NCBI GenBank assembly: GCA_030248215.1
Contig: JASANG010001107.1
Coordinates: 124,001 to 188,000, forward strand
Length of the DNA stretch: 64,000 nucleotides
Source: Enoplolaimus lenunculus
Lineage: Eukaryota
Reading direction: 5' to 3'
The notes under the pieces are model-generated. The model did no database searches and was not told the DNA's origin. It saw only the letters and a list, made by a program, of their open reading frames with translations. The position numbers and the translations under genes were made by a program. Shown one piece after another: positions 26,626 to 38,856 of this stretch. Each line of letters begins with the position of its first letter. Position 1 is the first letter of the stretch.

Positions 26626-27467
26626 AACCTCCGATAGAAATTTTGGCTGAGCCAGAGGTCGACTTCTGCCGAAGGCAAACCTCGGGTTGTCCCCTGGCTA
26701 GAGGTGAGAGTCTTCGCCCAGTTTTTACGGCCGACAATGTAGGAAAGAATAAAAAACCCAGAAACCTGCCGCGGACCCATAATTACTTGGCCGCACATCC
26801 CCTACGGACATCTTCGTCTCACCTGGCCGAAAGAATTTATTAAAATTTAATGAAATTTTTTTGCAATCTTCATAAACCGTTCTGCCCCCTCTAGATTATT
26901 TCCCCACTGAAATTCAACCAGTCAATGCGATGCACAGATTTAAAACTTGACATTTGTAAAATTAAACTATTTCGCTAAATTAATGTGCGGTGAGCAACAC
27001 AGTAATTGCTAAGCGCTGACTACTTCTCAACCTCCTTGACATAAATGTACTTAAGAGATACCCACAATAATATACAGAACTGTACGCTGTATTTCGCAAA
27101 TTGCCGAGCATAACATGACTTTACTACAACTCGTATTACTAGAGCGCGTGCAAACGATTTTAAGATGCAAAACAACATCAATGTATGAATAACCAGGGGC
27201 GTAAACAAGGAATATAGCACCCTAAAATTTTTGCAGAAACGAGAAAAAGTGCTTATTCTACAGTTTGGTGGATCATAGACGCCAAAAATATTTTATCGCT
27301 CGCTCGAGAGAAACTTTGACATACAATTGCTTATCCCTTTCCAGTCCCGACATAAAATCTTGGAAACGCCCCTGAGAAAAAATGTCATATGTTTTCCAAA
27401 TTTCAAAGCGTGCGTTAAAGACGCAAGAAATGAGCACAAAACTTGAATGAATTTGTTATTTTAAACA

Positions 27468-27630
27468 GGGCCGGATCGTTTTCCTGTGGGGCTGTAAAAC
27501 AGTCGGTTTAAGCTTAAACCAACTTTTTTTGCTTACGCTTAGGAATAGGCTCATGCTTACGCTTAGGCTTAGGGTTAGACTTAGGCATAGGAATATGCTT
27601 ATACTACTGTTCTGGCGCTGTTCTATACTT
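27468..27630 (+). repeat. Dispersed repeat with TTAGGC-type core (related copies ~22879-23035 and ~25620-25743)
   Basis: Shared gggccgga-cgtttt start, ttaagcttaa, TTAGGC-like hexamers and an aatatgcttatact-ctgtt tail. Confidence 0.6.
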
Positions 27631-28847
27631 AGGCCAAGTGATTTATCATCAAAACACTGAATTTGTTTTATAGCTACTAACCAATTTAGTTTCACCTTCG
27701 GCTTTGTGACTCCGAAAGCAAGTCTACCACCGGTTGTAGTAATTTTTTGGCAGAGGTGTATGCAATTTTGCTGAATTGTTAGTATGTTTCAAAAGCTGTG
27801 CCGGCCGCTCATTGAGTTTGTAAATTTTCGAGAAATTGTCGAGGTAGTCACAAGCGAACGATCGAAATAAATTTCACACGGTATATGTAACGTTGAAAAT
27901 TAAGCAAATTTACAAACATTTTCGCAATCTGCTTTTGTTTAAACCCACAGCGATGCAAAACTTCTTTAAACGTAAATAAATACACTTCATCGGTATGCCG
28001 CGGAAAAGTTTTTGCATAATGCTGTTCAGTTTGCGGGAATAGCGAGAGTCAAAATAGAGAGTTTAATTTCGCCAGCGCCGAATTCAGCTTCTCAAGGCCG
28101 GAGACGACATTTCACGTGGATCCAAAGGGGACACCTCAACCTGGCCTTAGTTCCAATTAGACTCATACGAAATTAATGTCATGTACCTCGTATCTTTAAA
28201 GAAAGCCATGGTAGCAATAACAACCGTTACAGTTTAGCAGACTGTCAAAAATCGCTTTTCAAAGCCGTCTATACAGTATCAGGAGATACTGCGGTAACAA
28301 ATTCCAAAACTAACCAAGATAAGTAACGATTCAAAAACATAAAAACTTTATAAAAATCTAAACTATTCTTCAATACTTTTGTTTGCGACGACACCGCAAC
28401 ACAGCTTCAGCAGCGAATTTTCTTTCGATTCAAACTCAAGCAAATCCACTTTGATCATCATGAACAATTTCTCAAGTTTCAATTCGATCAGTCGGCATTT
28501 CAAAGTGCTCAAACCGTCGTGTCCGTATAACTTTAATACTTGTGTACATTGAATTGTGTCTAAAAATAAAACAAAACCGCATCAACAGCAAATAGTGCAC
28601 CTAAACATAAAAATTAATTAAAACAATATAGCTCTCAGCGTCGTTTCGCAGTATATTATACTATATTTTACAATGTGAAACATTTGCCATATTTTATCAA
28701 TTACTAGGTTTGCAATACACAGTGCAACAGAATCTATGACAAATGCAAGAGTAGTAGGAAATGCTGCTTTCCGGCACTATTGCTGTCCCGCGGGAAAAGG
28801 GAACGCCTCTAAAAGTAACATGGGCCAAGCAATGCATACAAAATATT

Positions 28848-29586
28848 CGGTCTCCCGCTTGTTTTCGGTATTTTTGCTATGTGTAACCGGCAGGGTACAA
28901 CCGGAGCTATTGCTCCGGCAGAAAACCGGCCTCTGGCTCCAGTACAATTTTTGGCGGAGGTTCCGACAATTTATAATTTATCTGTTTAGCGCGTTCCGTT
29001 TTACCTTTGTCACAATTTTTAGGGAAGAATTTCCTAAATTTCGCAGAAAAGTAGCGTAAAACCAAACAACTTAACATATTGCAGATATTAGCTAAAATTA
29101 ACAAATTATCCGACATTTTTACTACCTAATTTCGCCTGACCTCCGGCTCCAGCTCCAGCAAGTTTCGTTGACATCCGGCTCTGCTGTTTTCCACTTCCAA
29201 TTGCACCTTGGTACGGTCTCCCGCTTATTTTCGGTATTTTTGCTATGTGTAACCGGCAGGTTACAACCGGAGGTATTGCTCCGGCAGAAAACCGGCCTTC
29301 GGCTCCAGTACAATTTTTGGCGGAGGTTCCGACAATTTATAATTTATCTGTTTAGTGCGTTCCGTTTTACCTTTGTCACAATTTTTAGAGAAGAATTTCC
29401 TAAATTTCGCAGAAAAGTAGCGCAAAACCAAAAAACTTAACAACATATCGCAGATATTAGCTAAAATTAACAAATTATCCGACATTTTTACTACTTAATT
29501 TCGCCTGACCTCCGGCTCCAGCTCCAGCAAGTTTCGTTGACATCCAGCTCCGCTATTTTCTTTCCACTTCCAATTGCACCTTGGTA
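28848..29586. repeat. ~366-bp tandem duplication containing a CAGGGT(G/A)CAACCGG-family MITE
   Basis: Units start with cggtctcccgctt at 28848 and 29214 and end with ttgcaccttggta. This explains the paired ORFs at 28736/29168 and 28907/29261. Confidence 0.9.
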
Positions 29587-32500
29587 ACCGGATAGTAAAA
29601 ATATCGGAAACGGGTAGTGATGAAATAACGAAAACGGATAATGAAGTGTAAAAGTTTCAAAGATGTTTCATGTTTTTGCTAAAACAGAAATGAAGATCGT
29701 AAATATTCACTGAGCATTCCAAAACTTTAAAGAAAAATGGCGAATGCACTGAATTTTAAAATTTTCGATAAATTTTGTAGTTTCACATCACTTCAAATAG
29801 TTGCAGCAAGTCTGTAGTGAAAAATTGCGATATACATTCGTTGTTTATAACTACTAATTTTGAGCGTAAAACTAACCGAATTTCCGGCATTTCTATAACG
29901 GAAATGAGCACGGATTTCAACAATTTACTTACATTTTGAACTCTTATATATATTTTCTTCTGGAAAATCGACCAAAACAAGAACTGCTATGAAAACGTTT
30001 CCGGATCATAGTCGCGCTGGAAAACGAATCAAAATGACGGCAAGGTAAATTGAAGTAAAAAAGCTTTACAGTTTACTTTCCTACGAACATAATTGAGGCA
30101 TGCAAACATTCAACGGGAGCGGAAACACTGATATTTTTTAGGTTTGATAAAAATTTCGTAATTTGTGCTTCACATTGAACAATTCCATGCACCGAGTTTT
30201 GCCGGATACGCATATCCGGCTACACCCTGCTTTCCGATAAACTAGTACTTATTGAGAAAGTATTAATGCTCTTATTGAGAAACAAAGGATAACATTTATT
30301 TAAAATATTCGATAAACCCGAAGCAAAACAGTAAACAGTGTTCATAAAACCAAATAATATGGCGACAAAATATGCAATACAGGGAAATTCACGTTCTGCA
30401 ACGTAATGTTCTTAGTTGTGTGTGAGATAGAAACGTTTACTGTCCAATATTAAACACAATAAACCAGATCCTGAAATAGCTATTCCATCATCAAAATATT
30501 GATTCTAATACATCACTCACACCACATTATCTTTTGCATGAATCCTATGAATAAAACAGAACGCCAGCATATTTCGCTCATTTAGAAAGAATCTTGACGA
30601 TCGTCATGCGACTCCCGAAACTCCAGATAACCAATTCAACAATAACTAGGTGTTGGCCATTACAGAATGTATTCACTACGTCAACAGATGACAGTGTGGC
30701 TCTTGTACCTACAAGCACGCTTTAGGTTTACGCTTTTAGGAACAGGCTTACCTATTGCACTTAATTAACTGCGAGAGTACAAGAATCGACACTGTTCTGA
30801 GTAGTGCGCACAGTTTGCAAGAAATATGCGATATATTAATCATAGCCAAGCACTAGACTTGCGCATGAGGCCAAAACTTGTGCAGTATGGATGCCTTCGT
30901 CAAACAGCGTTTCCGTTCCCGATAAAATTTCAGCTTACATAGGGCCAAATTTTCACGAATTCATGCAAATTGACTGACTTGTATTTTATACAATACTGAG
31001 CCCACGAGTTATCACAGCATCATTCATTATTAAAGAAGTAAAACGCAAATAACACTTCGACTACCAAGAGTTGAAATGACACCGTAGTAAGACTACCACG
31101 CTATTCTCTAAAGGAAACATCACTGAGTAATGAATGATACTGCTATCTGTTAAAATAAACTACTCTAGCTACATTATAAATGCTAATACGTTACCGTGTA
31201 AGCATTTCCGTTCAAAAATTCTCTAGCTAATTTTTATAATTAACTAGTCATACCGTGCAATGCTGGCAGAGCCAGGCAACAATAAGATATTTTCCACAAC
31301 GTATTTATAAAAAACATATATCCGTAATATTCACAAAATAGCATGTCCATGCGAAGCGGGATATAAAAACACCCAAACCACAAAAATAATTTAGATATAT
31401 ACGTAACGTATACAGAAGCACAACAGGCAGTGGCGAAATTTAACTCTGTCATTACAAGTTTCGAGTTTGTCAAATATGTTTGGTTTTAAAATTGACTTTC
31501 ATGACAACAATCATTGCCTAAAACTTTGTTATATGCACGTCAGTTCATTCGCTTATTTGCAGCAAACTTTCACAGTTTACAAATGTTCGGAGCTCATTTG
31601 ATAATGTTTAATACGCCCTCGTGGCAGGGAACACAAAGCGCTGCGGAAAAAATAGCTGCATTTTGTCACTGCTTGACATTATGCAATCAAAATAGGAACA
31701 GCAACAGCTTTTAACTCGAATCAACCGAAAACCAATGCATGTGTATAATAAATTGTGTCAACCAAAAACGTTTACAAGCGAAATAATGGAATGAAGGCCT
31801 TAGAATGATATAATATTTAAATATCTTTGCTTCAATAATCTTTCAGCGTAAAATCATTCAACTTTCTGTTGTAATCGTAATACCCAGCGCTGACTGAAAT
31901 AGTTGTACACTAATTGCAATAAAATCTATAAAGCAAAATGGCTGCAAAACTATTGAAATCTTAGAGAAAATAATTATACTGCAATCTTAGGATGTAAAGC
32001 GGAACTGGATTATACCGGAACGAAACTAGAAATTTTGTGACTTGAGGATAATTTGTATTAACAATATAATATTGATTTAGGTTGTCCGTTGGCCGGCATC
32101 AATTTGTAAAAACATCGCATGAACAAATTGGTGATGATTTTTGGTTATATAAAGCTGAACTGCAATCAATTATTGATAAGTTAACTCATAGAAAGCAATT
32201 TAACAGGATAAAGAAATGTCATGCAACGTATCACAAGTCGGATTAAAGTTAAAATTTCAAAATTCAAATTACGATTGAGTGTCACGGTTTAATTACTCCC
32301 TCAGTTTAATTTTTCACCACATGCCGATTTAAATTCCCCCAATAAAGTCGCGGTTTAATTCCTTTTCCTGCATAATTTTACCCAGATAGAATTACACCAG
32401 ACGAACCCTTCCCCAACGTTTGGTTTAATGGCTTATATGTTCAGCACCGTTGTATTTGTAACATACTTTATATACGCATATATACTGAGATTTTCGGCAA

Positions 32501-33252
32501 CATTTGTGTGCAATGTTGTGCGCAATTCCAATCTGAATTTTGATTTAAGTAGAATAATAATCCTATATTTATACGCAAAAAAAATAAGAAAACGGGGTTT
32601 TAACCGAATTTTTAGAATAACACGTATAATTTGAGAAAATTCCATTTCGCTAAAACTACAAACAAATGATTTGTTCCGCAAACGGTCATGACCAGGGTGA
32701 GAATAAAAGTTCGGACTCGACAAAAACTTGCGGTTCAGAATTGGCTGTGAAAAAGCCAAATGCAAAAGCCGAATCTAACAACATTCTGTAGTATATTTTT
32801 CATTTTTACAATAAAAATTTTAAATAACTTGTTATATAAAAATCAATATTTTTTGTTTCAGATCACAAATTTCAGAACTGAGGTCGGGCATGAAAAAATT
32901 GAGTTTGCGAAAAAAGTAGACTTCCTGGAGTAACAAATTTTATTAGTTTTGCAGGTCGAAAGGAAGCACTCAAATTTTGTTGAGTTGGTATTCTGAAACA
33001 AATTGTATAACTATTGGGAATATGTCGGTTCGAAGTGATCGAATTCAAGAGAGGAAAAAATTCTAACATGACTGGCGTCCTTGAAGACATACGGGGAAGA
33101 ATCATATCGTGAGCAGGGAAAAATTAAACTAGTTTAATTCTTTCGGGGGAAAGAATTTAACGGGGGAAATACCGCGATACCGGAACAAAAATTTCGCGAC
33201 GAAATAAAGTAATAAATAAAGTAATAATACGAACCAAAACCAATGTATTGTA

Positions 33253-33258
33253 TTTATT
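33253..33258 (-). promoter_or_regulatory. Candidate polyadenylation signal (AATAAA) of RRBP1-like long isoform
   Basis: tttatt on the + strand, about 220-260 nt downstream of the candidate stop codons. A second candidate lies at 30295-30300. Confidence 0.35.
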
Positions 33259-33515
33259 TGCTTGAACTATTGATCGGGATAAGACACAACCAGATCTTGT
33301 TTCGAAAAGGAAACGAAACGGAATCAGAATTGAATTTCAGTTTGCACACAGCTATGATGCATATTCTTGCCTAGAGTCGTCTTCGACTCTTGGTTATACC
33401 ATAATACAATTATGTTAAGGATGTACTGGAGTTGCGCGTTTGCGATCACGTTATTGCTCCAGTTTTCATGGTCTTAGTCTCTCAGCTGTGTTAGAAGAAG
33501 CAACACAATCTGTAT

Positions 33516-36500
33516 CTATGTATTCTGGTTACGAACCGCCGGTGAAGACTGCAAACAATAAAACCTTACCAATTTTTGGGTTAGTTGCTTGTTGACCATT
33601 AGTTCTTTTTCTAGTTTTTGCTGTGTTTCTTGAAGTCGCAACTTCAACTAAAACAATATAAAACTGGCATTCTGGCTTTATGCTCAGAGATCTGCACATT
33701 TAAGCGAAGGACCAGTTACATACTTAATTATAACACGCTAAATAAATTACGTACTTATCGCACTAGAATCTGTAATACATAGCAACGAAAGACTTATGTA
33801 CTTACTAAGCAGTTCCCGCAACAAAGTTTTGAAGCTGAGCCAAAACTATGGATCTGCTCTTTTCAACACGAAGTATCACAAAAAGTTGTTGGTTTTTATC
33901 ATTAGGACACAACTGCTTGTACTTTGTGTAAAAGTTTCGTAGCGACGATTGATTCACTACGCACTTCCCATAAACGGGTTACCTTGTAACTTTTCGTCAA
34001 AACGGACAACATCAGAAAATAAAAACTGGAAAAATGTTAATACCTCAATCGCATCTTCAGAAATATTGCCGCTCTATAACAAAAACTTTACATATTAAGT
34101 ATTATATCAACCAAGCACTCAAGAATCAAAATTCATAATATCCTCATTATGCACTCTGTAATCTGAGTTGCAAACAAAACACAACCAAATCGTTAAGTCA
34201 TTTAAAATTTCTTGTTCCTTCAATAGTTTTGAGACCAAAACATAACAGGCAGAAATGCCAGCGCAATGATAGTATTTCAGGCAGTAAACATTTTTATTTT
34301 ATGCTACCATTAAAACAAAACATTTCAACCAATATTACGTGACAAAAACACCAATGCTGACAAAACCCTTTCGAAATACCACACTTACAAAAGCAATGTA
34401 GCATGCTTATAAATTAAAGGAAGCGCGTTAATTACGGATACCTGTTTTCTGTAAATGGGGAATAACAGCCTTGGATTCGGCGTACGCTAATTTTAGACCC
34501 ACGCTTAGTAAGCAGACCACTACAACAGCTACACGGGCCTACTAGGCAATAAGTTATTATATAATATAATATATTATGCACGTAGCTTCAAGAGTTTTGG
34601 AAGTTGGAAGTTAATACGTAGAATTAGGCTTAGGCTTAGCAAGCAGACTTCTAGTTACACACATGGTAACTAAAAACATACAGCACTGACTGATCGTATG
34701 TATAAATGGAACAGTACTTTCAGTACAGCAGATTTGTGTTGCATGTTTACAGCAAACACCTCATTCAATACTGTCTAACTGACTAACTTGGTATTCCTTT
34801 AGTTGTGCTTGCAGTAGTTTTACATTCTCTTGTTCTTGCTTCAAAGCGTCTTGACCAGTTTTCAACATTCCACGCAACTTAACCGCTTGCGTCGATAAAT
34901 CTTGACCAGTCTTGCGTTCATTTGCCAGTTGAACTTCCAGATCTCGCACTTTCTTTAAAATCATGCACATTCACACATATAAAATACTTTTCAGTCTAGC
35001 ACAAATCTCAAACACTATATTTATACCGTCATTACCGTTTCGCTTGCGCTATCAGAAAATGTTAAAATACCCTAAAATATTTCATATGCAATTGTATTTT
35101 AGACGCACTGAGATGCAGTTTTCAGTTTCTTCATCATCATACCCACATGAAATACCTTTTCAAAATCGTGTCGTTCACTTGTTTGTTTTTCTAGTTCCGT
35201 CCCCAATTCAGCAAGTTTAGTTTGTGTCTAAAATGCAACAGAATTTTCTACAAAAATAATACTTCGGAGCAATTACAAAGAAAATTCTTATGCTGGCATC
35301 TAAACATTCACTTTGAACAATGACTTAGAACGTTGCAACCTTAAGCTATCGTGAGACAAATACTATAACCTAAATGTGCGCAAGACTAACAGTTTGTAAA
35401 AACAAAGTTAATAACGAGTAGGTTAAGTGACCATGCTCGTAGTGTTCACGTAGCGAAATACGTTCATCAATAAAAGTAAAAAAAACTTATACGCTTCAAT
35501 AACATACAATAACAAGCTTATTAACGCCTTCTTACATTCTAAACCTAAAGTAGTTTTCTGATGGGTTACGCACACAAAACTACGGAACTACTACTTTTAG
35601 TGTTCGCCTAAAATAACTTACATGCTCCATAGAATGCGTGCATCGCGCTTCTGCAACGCTGCGCCTTGATGCTTCAGACTGCAGCTATAATATTAAACAA
35701 AACGAATTCAATAATTATAGTTTAAAATTCTGTTTCTTAACATAACATCATTGGTCACTATAACACAGTCCACTATGGTCACGTTTAGAATCGATGTGTT
35801 ACTAACAATTGCACTAACAAGTGTTTTAAGTAAAACAAACCATCGCGAGGCCTAAAAATTACAAAGTAAATGAAAAATATTCTATAAAGCATAAATAAAA
35901 CCGATTTGGACAATTAAAACCTACACAAAATAGAGTCCAATCAATCTCTATTGACAACAATTCTCCATAGTCTTTATCCATATTTCGGGCTTGAATTAAT
36001 CTGGTTAAGCACCACAAACTAGATCAAAAACTATTAAATGCCAAAAATCACTGCGAGTTCATTATTTTACAATTTAAATTTAAATGAAGGTATCATACAC
36101 ATACGCATGCTTACCTTTTCAATTTGGCGTTCAAGCACAAGTATTTTGTTGCGCGAATGGGACCGTTCGACTTCTTGCTGCTCAGTTTCTGCTGCAACAG
36201 AACTTTCAAGTGCACGTAGGACAGAATCTGTATGAGCGAGCACGGACTTGTAGTTTTCCAACTGCGATTCTAGCGATTCGTTCGTTGCACACAACGTTTC
36301 GATTCGAGCCGCCAAATGCTGTGCGTCCTGTAATAAGTGAGTGATAGCATTTCAACTCAAGATATTTTTCAGCTCTTTTGAATTTTGTAGAAAATCAGAC
36401 TCATCTTACAACATTAGTAATTTTTCAGAGCATTCTCCGTATATAGAAGTTAAAATTTAAATAAAAAATGGGTAAGTGTAATTAAAAATTTGAAGCGCTC

Positions 36501-38821
36501 CTTACCATGTCCGTCGTATTACATTTGAGCTCTTTTAAATTATTTTAAACAAAATCAATCATCCCCGTCGGTGGTCTAAGGGGTACTGTTTTTGGTAAAT
36601 CTGGAACTACAATGGCGTTTAGACTTACAGATCCCGTCTCCGTAGAAAGCGTATTTGCTATCACAGCAGTGTTTTTCAGAACACCCGTACTAACTTTCTG
36701 AACTTGTTTTTCAAATTCGTGCAGCCATTCTCGATAGCTCTGAAATTTGGTAGATGAACATGAACTGATTTTGATAAACTAAATGGTTTTTCCATAACAA
36801 GCCATAACTTACTGAACGGAGAGTTCAGCTTGGCGGTTACAGGGAAACAACTGAACTTATACAATATCGTTTTCTGCAAAAAACAAGCAGCATAATAAAC
36901 AATATAATGTTCAGGGCGCTATTTTACAGTAGAAGATTAAAAGGAAAAAAAACAATTTGCTATCTATACAATAACAAACAATACCAGTGAACCAGCATTA
37001 GAAATAATAATATTTGGAAATGTAGCCAGCAGAAGTTCTTGTGTCAAATTTCGCTGTTCGTCCCATTCCAAGCGATATTTTTCCTAAAACAACAGTCTCC
37101 GTACTAGCACTGTCGGTAGTAAACAAATACTGTTGATGTAAGTCCTGACCCTTTCATCTTCCAATTTTTGTGGAGGGCTTCCCCCAACTGGAAACTGGAG
37201 GAAAACCTGGTGGCATTTGAAAAGTGAGGGGTCAATTAACCCAGGTTCAACTTGTGAGTATTTTGATACATTTCTACACATACGCTCGCTTTTAATATAC
37301 AAGATTCACTTCTTAGATTATTTAGACATTTTCGACTGATAATACGCCCACAGAAGCGGTGTATTTCGTTATATTTTAGTTTTTCAAACCGTGAAAAACA
37401 TTTTCAAAGAGGTTATATGGTGCCAACACTATGAAAAAGTGGGGACATCAACCTTGAGTAGTCGGAAAGGGACGCTAAGGTGGATTAAAATCAAACATAG
37501 AACAATTTCAGTGGCACCGCAAGGGTTTACTAAAACAACGCGATAACCTTTGTAACTACATTGCAAAACAAACCTCAATGTCTTTGGTTGCTTTTTTGGC
37601 AACTTCTTGTGCTACCTTATCCACTTGATTTGCTGCTTGCACGGCTTTGTAATTTTTTTCGCGAAGTTCCTAATAACATAACACGACAAAAGATTACGTA
37701 CAGAAAACAATTAACCGGACAGGTAAGTCAAACATACGTTCCAGTCACGGTGCAACCGGAATTACAATTTACCGAACCGGAATTTGAAAATTTTACCGGA
37801 ACCGGAAAGTGAAAAATGCGTTTCACCAAAAATTTCATTTTAATCGTATTTTTTGCTCTATCATTTGTGAAACAACCTTAGTCGAACATAGGTATTTATT
37901 TTATTTGTTGTATTTTAGATTTTCATCGTCGACTGAAGTGAAATCCACCATCAATGGCTTATATTCGGAGTACAAGTGGCTTTCAAAAGAGATTCTTAAA
38001 AATTAGCAAAGTTAAGAAAACGGCGAAACTATAACACCGGAATTTTTAAATCCGGTAAAAATTTACCGGAACCGAAACCGGAAGGTGAAAAAATGCCGGA
38101 ACCGGAATTCCGGTTGCACCCTGGTTCCAGCGTATGATTTAAAAAACAGTTTTCACACAAGTTTCAGCTGAGTTTTTAGATATGTACTAGTATCACTTAC
38201 ACAAACATGCCCTCCACTTACTTGCAAAATGCGCTGAGACAGCTCATACAACAACGCTAAATAAATCTTGGCGACGTATCCCAACTTACATTATTTTTGT
38301 CTTGTTGTTTCTTTAAATCAGCTTGAAGTTTATCAATTTCAGCTTGTTTATTAGAGATTTGAGAACGCAGCTGCTTTAACGTTTCAGTCTGGTTTTCGTC
38401 GCTGATGGTACCGTTTCTAAAATAGCATAAATACTGCGAGAAAATTTACTTTATTATAGAAACTGAATTTGAACAAATAAAAAACCACTATGTAATAACG
38501 TTTTTCTATATCTAAATAAAACCCGAGAAGATCGTAAAATTAGTTTCAGCAACATAAGAGTTGCGGTACATCATCAGTAAATGAGAAATAAAAACTTACA
38601 TTGTTGTGTGACTACTCTCAACAATGGTTTTTGTTGTAATGTCTTGAGACTTCTGCAAACAAATAGCATTAATTTCCAGTTGACAAGAGAGTTACGCGTA
38701 GCGTTATATACTTTGTGCTCGGGGATCGAAAGGTGGATGTCCGTCTGTCCGAAAGCTTAATTGCTTAAGTCTGTCCGAGGTTCGCTAATATAGTCTCACC
38801 GCGACTGGTTATTATTATTAT

Positions 38822-38856
<35 letters not shown>

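Noticed and set aside
28365..28559. Possible minus-strand exon after a tttttag acceptor
   Set aside because: The open frame resembles no family I recognise and no partner exon was identified. It may be a UTR exon or chance.
28736..29485. Duplicated 70-107 aa ORFs
   Set aside because: They lie in a tandemly duplicated MITE and have no protein-like features.
32287..32310. SL1 spliced-leader-like sequence (ggtttaattac)
   Set aside because: Only 11 nt match, there is no following donor or Sm site, and it sits in a repeat with several ggtttaatt motifs.
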